A DNA stretch of 64,000 nt from Kudoa neothunni (lineage: Eukaryota; Animalia; Cnidaria): the NCBI GenBank assembly GCA_964304625.1, contig OZ199838.1, positions 9,637,245 to 9,701,244 of the forward strand, given 5' to 3'. The number at the start of each line of letters is the position of its first letter. Position 1 is the stretch's first letter. The translations under genes were made by a program, and so were the position numbers. Shown in pieces: positions 52,101-64,000 of this stretch. Under the pieces are notes generated by a model that searched no databases, was not told the origin of the DNA, and worked only from the letters and a program-made list of their open reading frames with translations.

Positions 52101-52467
52101 AAAATTGTCTGAATTCGAATCACTCATTGTAGTTCAACCAAACTCGTGAAACACGTGGAGTTATGTTTACACTGCATGGCTCAAGGCAATAATTTAGAAA
52201 TGATTAATATTTATAATTAATTCAACGTTAATATTATTTTAGTCTATTAAATTCGCTAACATTTATGTTTCTGGTCGTCTATTTTACATAAATTTACAAC
52301 CATCTCAAATTTCTCTATTTTTCATAATTTAGTAGAGAAAAATATAAATAATAGTAATGTGAAATTAGTTATTTAATAGAGATAACAATTGCAGAGAGAT
52401 TGATTCCCGTGGTAATAGCATGTGCCGAAGGTGGGGATTACACGGATCCGTGGTAATAGCCACTACC
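49133..52467 (-). mobile_element. Mutator-like (MULE) transposon
   Basis: TIRs of about 105 bp beginning GGYAGTGGCTATTACCACGG. Perfect 9-bp TSD ATAAAATAA at 49124-49132 and 52468-52476. Confidence 0.96.
50184..52127 (-). CDS. MULE transposase (FAR1/ZSWIM3-like N-terminus, MULE DDE, SWIM), spliced
   Basis: A 48-nt GT-AG intron at 51355-51402 joins DATYKLLDSR|APLYL in frame. Motifs TDKH, CIFH, TNNRLEAIN and SWIM CNC...LPCSH. The C-terminal tail toward 49729 is ambiguous. Confidence 0.9.
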
Positions 52468-53133
52468 ATAAAATAATATAAACAAACTATAAAATACATT
52501 TGAAATGAATTTAATTTCTTATCAAATTTGTTATCTATTTTTAAAATAAACTATAAGGCAAGTAAAATTAAATTTTTATATTTCGGGTTAAAATCAATTT
52601 GCATTAGAAGAATTGTATAAAGTAAATATTCGTATTTATGATTCGGTCACATGTTTATTTTCTTTGTTTACTTTTTAAATGTACAAAAAATCCGACATAA
52701 TACGAAAGTGCGACTTTTCACATCTGATATTGCATTCTAACATTTGTATTTACTTTATTTACATTTGCTATCTCGATAATTCAGATTGATTGTTTTTCGT
52801 GTAATTTTAGTAGAAATATTTTCTCCGCCCCAAAATAAATCCCTTTTATAATTTGTTCTGAGAAGGAGTGCTGAAACTTAATTGAATCGGAAAGGTCTTT
52901 TTTATAAGATCCTGATTATCTCTTAGAATCTGAGCTAACCAGCCTATTAAAATTTAAGACAATTCTAAATAGATTCATAAAACAAAAGACTAAAACATTA
53001 CCAATAATTCAGTTTCAAATAAAAAAGGATAAATATGAATTATATAATTCTCTTCATTTTACTCATTCCCCATTCATAAAAATACAAATAGATAACAGTA
53101 AAAAGTAATATAAATTCAGCACAACTCTCTTAA

Positions 53134-53472
53134 CCCTCCAAGCATGCCAAAAACGACTATACATCAAGCAGTTTTGGGGTCCAGAAGGACCCCAGATGTT
53201 TATTTCTTATTTCGAAACACAATGTTATGAAATATAATTATACTCTTTTAAAAAGTTTTTTATCCGATCGATAACGAAATAATCATAATTTACTTGTGTA
53301 CCAATAACAATCGATGTCTTCCGAACACTTATTTACTAATTTTACGTGTTTAAATATTAATAAAATTATATTTTAATATACCGCATGATCTTTTTACAAC
53401 ATTATCTAGATACAAAAAGGATAGTAGAGTTTATCAAAATTCTAATAATATCTGAAAATACCTATGTTCACT
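53134..53472. mobile_element. Orphan piggyBac end
   Basis: TTAA|CCCTCCAAG...AAAAACGAC...TGGGGTCCAGAAGGACCCCA, the same end architecture as at 63495. Confidence 0.7.
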
Positions 53473-55533
53473 TGTAACATGATTCTGATTTTACCGATTC
53501 GTATAATTATTTAATAAAATTTTTTCAAATGATATAAAATACAATATTATCAAACTGACACTCATAAAAAAATTAGGCATATCTACCGTTGCGAGCTCAC
53601 ATAGAGGCCAATCATTCATAATAAAATATGGATTAATAATTAATACATTTCTTAGCTAAGCTAGAGTCTCAACATTAATACTTGGTTTTACTTCCTATTT
53701 CGAAAACGTCGACGGTCAATTTTGGAAATTGCATAAAAACAGTATAAAACAATTCAAACATATCGAAAACAAATAATTAATATTAATCTCTAAGTTTACC
53801 TTCCATACGGCGACATTTTCCATGAAATGTTTCAGCATGTTTAAATATTTTGGTAGTATCATCATCAGTGATGGGGGTCGCGGCGTTTGTCATCTTTTGA
53901 ATAAGGTCATTTCTTCCACTTAGGGGGCCATCGCGTCTGATCCTTGCTTTAATTAGCGAAAAAACCTCTTCGCATGGATTTGGAAATGGCGAATATGTGG
54001 GTAAATAATGAACCTCTTGGCCAAAATCATCATAAAATTCATTATTGGAGTGATGGAATTTTACATTATCCATCACAACGATAAAATCGGCATACCCAAT
54101 AACGGATTTAACTGTGGTAGGAAATCTTGAAATACATCAGTATTTACTGAGCGAAAACATGCCTCACAGTGAACAACTCCCATTGCAGAAACAGCCAAAA
54201 TCATAGTAATGTTTTGCCCCCTGTTGTTCTGTACAATGGGATTTGGTGTAACACCCCTCAATGCTCGACCGTGAGTGCGGAACATGTGCAAATTAAATGG
54301 GCTTTCATCGACAAAAACAAGCTTTTGATATCTTGTTTGAATCGAAAGGTTACCATATTATTCAACAAAATCTTTCCGCTGGGTCTTGGCTCGATCAGAA
54401 TTTCGGCTCAGTGGAACATTCCGTGTAATTTTGAAGTAATATTCATACTCCCGAGCCATCTCCAAACTGTAATTTCACTGAAGATTAATTCTAATTTTTC
54501 GATCATAAAAGAAATAGATGTATTACAATCGTCGTTGATAAGATCAATAATTTATTCTTGATTTCCTAGCTAATAAATATTATATTCCTCGCGCCCCTTT
54601 TTTAAATGGTGACATTTTTCCAGATTTGCGATATTTTTTTATATGATGGGCTGGGCGGTCGAAATTCTTAATTTGTAAAAGCTCGCGACTTCTGTTTGAG
54701 TTTTTCCCTCATCTACCACTAATTGGCAAATTCTTATACGTTCATCTTCTAAGATTTTCTTGTATCCCACCATTACTCTTATGTAACCTAGCGCAAACTC
54801 AATAAGTATTTAAATTATGCAATCTCCGAATTTGATTGTTGGCATTTCCGAAATTGACCGTCGACGTTTCCGAAATAGGGAGTAAAACCCCGTAAGAGAA
54901 AAAGCGAGAATAAACAAGAAATTCCTCAAAAATACAGGTTATGTTTGTATCAAGCTATTAAGTAACTGTAGTATTTTAAACAATCGGTAGTTGTCGCTGT
55001 GAATCGGTATACAGTTTATACGTGTCTTGGTAGCGCTATTACATTGGTGACAGGTATTGGAGGAAATGAAAATAAAAGAAATTGACTTTAACGAACCCAT
55101 AATCGACCAACTCGATGAAATAGACGCCATCACTAAAGTAAAAGGGTACAATGTGGAACAAACTTATTCCTATGTAACCTTGGCGATTCCAAAACAATTA
55201 AGAAGGTATATCATTCCAAGTAGCGGTGTGATGGGAGAAGGAGATCCCATCACAATGATTAGGACTAATATATTAGCCTATGCTTCATCTATTATAAAAC
55301 CGGATGAAAAGATGGATGAATGTACAATTCGACTAACATCCATTCTCACTTATGCTAGACCCAACGCGACCCAAGATGATATTTTCTTTTACATCAAACC
55401 TAAAGTTATTGGCTGTATTCCTCAACAATATCAACCAATCATTCGTGCAATGCCGACCATGGACCTACAAACCCTGATATCTACATGCCAGTCCTACTTG
55501 GACAACTACCGATTGTTTATAATACTACAGTAA
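53473..55533 (+). mobile_element. Truncated Gypsy-like LTR retroelement: 5' LTR (split by a Tc1-like insertion), PBS and gag-like ORF
   Basis: TGTAACA at 53473 and TATTACA at 55043, followed directly by TTGGTGACAGG (PBS-like) and a 158-aa helical ORF at 55057-55533. No 3' LTR or pol was seen. Confidence 0.55.
53681..54892 (-). mobile_element. IS630/Tc1-mariner (Gambol-like) element with frameshifted transposase at 53783-54773
   Basis: TA TSDs at 53679 and 54893; TIRs of about 50 bp (GGTTTTACTYCCTATTTCGRAAACGTCGACGGTCAATTT). Motifs FVDESPFNL, RGQNITMILAVS, MDNVKFHH, LPTYSPFPNPCEEVFS. Confidence 0.93.
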
Positions 55534-55966
55534 CTATTGGGAAACTCAAGGTTGATATTCAAATGAATTTGTCATCTGAAAGGAACAATCGACAAAACCG
55601 CCAAAACAAAGAGATCCGACAATTTTCGTTAATCTCATTTTGCGATCGTGGTATTAAATCGTAGGATTATTTTGTTCCCATCAAAAAACTACCTTTTCAG
55701 TTAAAATTTTTATTCGATGGTAAAAATCATGGCTGATGTAAAAAGAAACCCCCCGGTTGGAACAAAATTAAATATGAAACGACCTATACTTTCAAAATTA
55801 ATATACTACCAAGTGTTCCCGCGTCTTACTATAATCTCCAGGCTTTTCGGATTCTTCCGGTAGAAAATATAATCGAAACTTAGTCATACACTTAATGCCT
55901 TTATTCATTTAAAAATTAAATAAATAATAAATACAAGAGATTCAAAGGCCGTTAAACACTAAATAC

Positions 55967-58107
55967 TAGGGTAGCCTCGATATCAACTTTGAGGCAGTAC
56001 TCGGTACTCGCCAAAAGGTACCGATACTTAAAACCGATGTCAATAAAATTTCTTTTTTTAAAACCAATATATAATGAAGAATAGTGTGTCAAGTTACATT
56101 AAAATGCATAAAGATATCTTTGACTAGGCTCTTTAAAATTATTCTTACATTTTTATAAATCTTTACGCATTTCACCATGGAATAGTAAAAAAACATATTA
56201 GGTTTGCAATATTCATTAGGCCCACCGATAAAATATGGGGTAATGGTAAAGTATGCGGCACTTAAAAAACATCCTCTTGCGCATGTTTTTCCGAATTTCT
56301 TTTTCACGATCCTTGATAATAAAATAAAAGAATTTTTTATCCGAACGCGGTCAGTTAAACGTGTAATCTCCATCTTTTTTCAACAAACATTGAATTGATC
56401 TCTAGTTTGTTCTGATAATCATATATAAATTGGTTCTATTTCATATTTTTTAACACGTAAACACAAATTTTACAATATCAAATTTAATTATACAGTTTTT
56501 ATTGGTTTTAAGCATGAATAGTTTAAAAGCGAGAAGACAACCACGAGCTCTCATGATATATTTTCTTAATTTTCCTTGAGCTAATGATTTTTTTAAATAA
56601 TTAATCAATATTATATTTTAGATCAACATTTAATTTCAATCGGGAAATAACTTAAGGTCGATTATATGAAGTTATTACTTTATTAGAGAAATTCTTACGT
56701 GTGTTTAGTATAACATTCGATAAACGTAAAAATGTAGCATTAAAAAGAAGAAAAAATTGTTATTTCTATAAAATTATTGGTTTTAATTAATTATACATGT
56801 ACCGATAAAAATAATAACCTTAATTAACATATTGTGTTTACATCTTGAAATATTTACAATTGGTATATTTGCCGAATATTTGATTAGGAAATTTTGACAT
56901 ATAAAAAAACTTGTAAAACAATAAAAATATAGTTTAAGAATTTTTTAAATGTTTTACACATATTTCAAGGTAAACAAATTATAAACTAAAATAAATCTTA
57001 CTACATTAATATCTATATTTAAAAGTTCACTAAATATTTTTATTATAGTGAAAAGTGAGGTGTTTTTGTGAAATTTGCAAAAAGTTTATTTTTAAAGTTA
57101 GTTTATACAAACTTATTATATATCAATAATAAAAAATCTAAATAGTAATGACAAGTAACTTTTGAGTTAATAACTAAGAAATAAACAAAATAATTCAATG
57201 TTTATTGAAAAAGTGCATTGAAGTTTATGCGGATGTTACGACGCGAGAAACACACGATAACAACCATCAGAACAGTTACATATTATATGCGCGCTACTCG
57301 TTGTCATAAAGGGGATTGCATCTATGACAGCGGAGCCAAAGGATATTTATTTGAGCAATAAAAATTAATTTTCATGTGTTTTCTTCATGTCTATTACTTT
57401 TTATATTCGTTTATCCTTTAAAAACTTAGTGGTGCACAAATTTTCCGAGCTGGTCCAGAATTCGACTTAAAAATCACCCGAGTCAAAAAATAACGTATTA
57501 GATTGCACTTTAAGAGAGTTTAAATAATTCAGGAACGAAAATAAATATGACAATTATCTTAAATTATTTAGCGTCGGTGTCAGGACAAGAAATTGTTAAT
57601 TCAAAACCAGGATTGATACACTCCTGCACAGAAGTGATCGTGATTTAAATTTCGAAATCAAAATCGACAAAGTATGATGCTTAACAAAATTTAGTTTGAC
57701 TGCTTCTATAAATCGATTTGAAACATAATATTTTTTTGAATGTTATAAAGAAACATCTCTATGCGAAAACTTCCCAAAGCAACGCTGGACAGTTCGCGTT
57801 AGTATCTTATAAAATATATTACTCACGGTTTGATGTATTCGTGAATAGAAAATACCTATCTCACACTATATATTTGTTTTACCTTACTAAATTAACTAGT
57901 TGTCCATGTAATGGATATCAAAAAATTATTTGAGAAATAAAACATTTTTTTGAATGACTAAAAATCTAGGCATAATCTCATTAGAATACAACAAACGTCT
58001 AAAACAATTGAAATTTAATGTGTCATGCGTAGAACATGGTATCGGCGAGTGCTGAAATTTGGAGTACTCATACTCGTTTTAAAAAATGTGGTATTGGTGC
58101 AACCCTA
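55967..58107. mobile_element. Non-autonomous hAT-like element (family of 16180-17729)
   Basis: Termini TAGGGTAGCCTCGATATCA and TGGTATTGGTGCAACCCTA. 56060-57210 is colinear with 16217-17510. No TSD evident. Confidence 0.75.
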
Positions 58108-58415
58108 ATTATTAGACTACACCACTAAAAGATAAACGTGCCATATAAGAAAAAGACCGATTACAGTTTATAAATAGCTATTAAATACTTATTTCTAAAA
58201 ACATTTTGAGAATTTCTGCCTCATTCTTATAGAGTTTAATATCCCTGAATAATATAATTCCTTAGAAATCCCCCGGTACGTCACAAACCTATAATGTAAA
58301 AATTCTCCCTATCTAATTTTAACGTTATTTAATTTATCACCGGTTGAAAATCCCTGCCCTACGCCATTAAAATTAAAGAATTTGCTTATATTAATTATAG
58401 CGCTTTTCAATTTAA

Positions 58416-58490
58416 CCCTTTAATGATATTGGGGTCGAACCGACCTCAAATAATGGCTGGAGGTAAGTCGTTTCTATAATCGCTATAGGG
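58416..58490. mobile_element. 75-bp minimal piggyBac MITE
   Basis: TTAA|CCCTTTAATGAT...GGGGTCGAACCGACCTC...GGAGGTAAGTCGTT...ATAGGG|TTAA equals the left and right ends of the 24167-27706 family joined at the palindrome. Confidence 0.85.
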
Positions 58491-59944
58491 TTAACTGAAG
58501 GTGCGATTCTGGCCGATGACGATTCATTTAGTGTGACAGCCGTAGGTGTATAGTGTATAATTATTCACATTAATTTTGATAAATAACGTTAAAAATATGT
58601 AATTATATGGTAAACGTTGATCTGTCTCCCGATATTAATCTACGAATATTTCACAACACGGTATAGAAGTAACGTTATTTGAATAATAAAATTCAAAACC
58701 CAACTATACTGAAATGTTATCAACTACTAGCATTACCAGAAAATCAAAAACGTATATGAAACCTAGAATTGACTTAATATGAGACTGATGGTACCTGCGC
58801 CAAAGTCACTTCCGATAATCACATGTATGAATCCTTCAAATAAACAACCCTTAACAAACATTATACAGGTTTGACTTGATGTATTTATACATAGGTTGCT
58901 CGAGTAGATATATTAATATTTAAAGATTCGCTCTGCCTACCGAGGCAACTTAATTTGGGATCTCACTTAGTATAGGCCCCTAATCTGGAAGCGCATGATG
59001 AGGATTATTGTGTTTACTATTTCGTCATGCATGAGACTAGGCAACAAATTTTTTTTATTTTAGGCAAAATTTTGATTCGCTCAAGATAAGAATAGCAAAT
59101 ATGATTTTTGTGACTCTTTTTGACGAAAAAATTGTATAAAAAAACTAACAAGGGGAAGAGCCATACGCTCCACAATTACCGCTTTGTTTAACTTCATTTA
59201 AAATAACTAAGAAAGGGTCTTCTCTTTGTTAGACCAAATGGCGTAAAATTTTCCTAACAGAAGAAATATACGTTTTTCCGAAGAAGGAGAACGAAGCACC
59301 ACATTTGTGGGATTAACGTCAGCCGATTTTAATCTTTCAAATGTGGCGTCGAATTAGGGGTCAATACTAAAGTTCAACCCTTAATTTGTTTTCATCATGT
59401 TCATATGTAACATCATACATAATTAAAAAATTTATTCTAATAAGTAGATATCCATAGAATGATTATTTCCATAAATTCATTAAATCCTCCTTTTCCGAAC
59501 ATTGAAAATTGATCTGTAATCAAATTTATAATTTATTCAAAAAATGCTGGGAATCAAAATTAGGGTTCCCCAATTAATATGCAGGATTAAATTGCATGCT
59601 TTGGTACTGAATCATCGTAACCATGAGCACTATCACTATCTAAATAACGCATATTAACATCTAAATTGTATCCTTTGTGTTAGTTAAATTTTCGCTATAA
59701 GGAATCGCTACATTATATAGTGGTCGTTTTTGCCTAATTGATATCACTTCTAAATCCCTGATTAGAGATTTGTATTCGGTCCCTTTGCTCTGATATCGTT
59801 TATATCTTGGTGACACAGGCACAGTTCGTTGTGTGGCTCAAAAGTTGGATTTAAATAATTTGTTGCTAAGAGAAATTTACTTTTGATTTGTATAGTTAAA
59901 CTTTCCAGCTGCACACAAAATGAGACAGTACAGACAGGTTGAAA

Positions 59945-62510
<2,566 letters not shown>

Positions 62511-62704
62511 CTAACATGTATAACATTGTGTTGTTTTTACATTGGTCTTTTCAATTAAAAATGTATTTGTAATTTTTTAGTCTTTATGCCGCCAATTTTA
62601 ACCTTAAAATGAAAAAATTACTTGTATTTTACGTTCTAATTGAGGTGCCTGCAATATTTATAAGCGAATCATTTGCATGTTGGAATACTTATATGACGTT
62701 TTAA

Positions 62705-63490
62705 CCCTCCGAAGACTTTGGGCTAGTTTGACCCCGAAGTATAATTAAAAACATTACTCTTTGTGTGATCTTTAATATTCCCCATTTTTATCTATTTTCC
62801 AAAATTTTTGGAAAGTATATAATGTTAAAATTAGAGCGGAAAATAATAATAAAATGTGAAAAAATTTTTATCTTCGGAGGAAATTTGTGGTCAAATTGAC
62901 CCAAGTTTTTATTCTACGATTGTACTATAAAAATTTTCTAAAAGGTAAAGAAGTTATGTTTTATGAATTCTATCGTCTCATTCTTTGTTAAAATGGTGAT
63001 TAATATATCATTAAATCTGTGTTAATACCTTACTAATAAGCTCGGATCTTGTTCGCAAATGATCATACGAAAAATGATACTTCGCGTCTATTGTTTTAGT
63101 TGATAAATTGAAGACCATATATACCTCACGCAAAAAAATCAATTATATAAATTTTTAAAAGTTTGATCCGAATTATCTAATTATTTGAACGATTTTCACA
63201 TTTTTTCGATGAATGAACTGAGCAATAGTATTTATTGCAATATAAGCATGTAGTTTGAGTTTTTTTATCAGTTCCTCGATGACAATATTCACATCGACGC
63301 CTTTTCGACTATTTGGAAAGTGTTAGTTTGAGTCCCTGAATAGGGTGATTTTGCTTGGACAATTTTCCCATTCTGTAGATTTCGGTCCATGAGAGGTTGA
63401 TAGACAGCTTGTGTAATTTTCTTTAAAAATATTTTAGTTTCGACCATCCTATGAGTTAACTAAGAGTATAAGTGTATTTTCTAAATGGTT
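62705..63490. mobile_element. piggyBac end with degenerate interior
   Basis: TTAA|CCCTCCGAAGACTTTGGGCTAGTTTGACCCC, with a second palindrome GGTCAAATTGACC near 62889. Confidence 0.65.
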
Positions 63491-63494
63491 TTAA

Positions 63495-64000
63495 CCCTCT
63501 AAGGTCAGCAAAAACGACCATCCTCCAAGGACTTTTGAGGTTCAAGAGACCCCAGTTTTTTATTTGATGAATTAACTTGATAAATATAGATATATTATCT
63601 TATTCAGTTTAAAAAATTGTTGTCGACTAAATTTGAAGAAAAAAGGCGAATATTCGTGTAATTAATCCATTATAATATCATCGATACTATGTCGGATTGG
63701 ATCGCAACTAATTGCTATCTAAAACCTTTGCTGAATAATCTTGAATTTTTGAGAAATAAAGAATTCGAGTAAATCGACTTAATGATTAATATTTGTGGTT
63801 AAAATATTTAATTTAATATTATAACTTATTGTTCATGAGCTTATTGTTACTTTGCTCAAATAATGCCACGCGACCCCGCTTTTCCTGTACAAAATAAAAG
63901 TGAGACTGATGAGTGTATTGATGAATATCGATCTTTAGGAAGTGAATTTGAAGAAGATTATACGAAATCATCTGAAATGTCGATTGAATTGGCGGAATGT
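63495..64000 (+). mobile_element. piggyBac end, running off the window
   Basis: TTAA|CCCTCTAAGG...AAAAACGAC...GGGTTCAAGAGACCCC. An acidic ORF MPRDPAF...SEFEEDY starts at 63863 and stays open to the window edge. Confidence 0.65.

Overview
AT-rich eukaryotic (metazoan) genomic DNA. It has compact, highly divergent housekeeping genes broken by tiny (mostly 40-70 nt) GT-AG introns, separated by dense nests of DNA transposons. The style suggests a reduced parasitic animal such as a myxozoan cnidarian (inference only). Host genes reconstructed by hand across introns: OLA1 (-), a miniature MED26 (-) whose stop is only 35 bp from the OLA1 ATG, NABP/SOSS-B (+), intronless VPS25 (-) divergent from GOSR1 (+), a structurally reduced integrin beta (+), AP-1/AP-2 beta-adaptin (-), a probable MRPL49 (-) and NT5C2 (+, with clustered 1-bp indels). 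Mobile DNA: about a dozen piggyBac-family elements or ends, hAT elements and MITEs, a MULE with perfect 9-bp TSD and intact spliced transposase core, a Gambol/IS630-like DD32E element inside a Gypsy-like LTR, and a tRNA-derived SINE. The piggyBacs include three abutting through single shared TTAA sites, nested copies and a 75-bp mini-element. The most notable observations are a TGCYTGCGCA motif at fixed distance from start codons, palindrome-mediated collapse of piggyBacs into mini-elements, TTAA-stacked piggyBac trains and the stripped-down integrin. All identifications are by eye from remembered family motifs; no searches were run.
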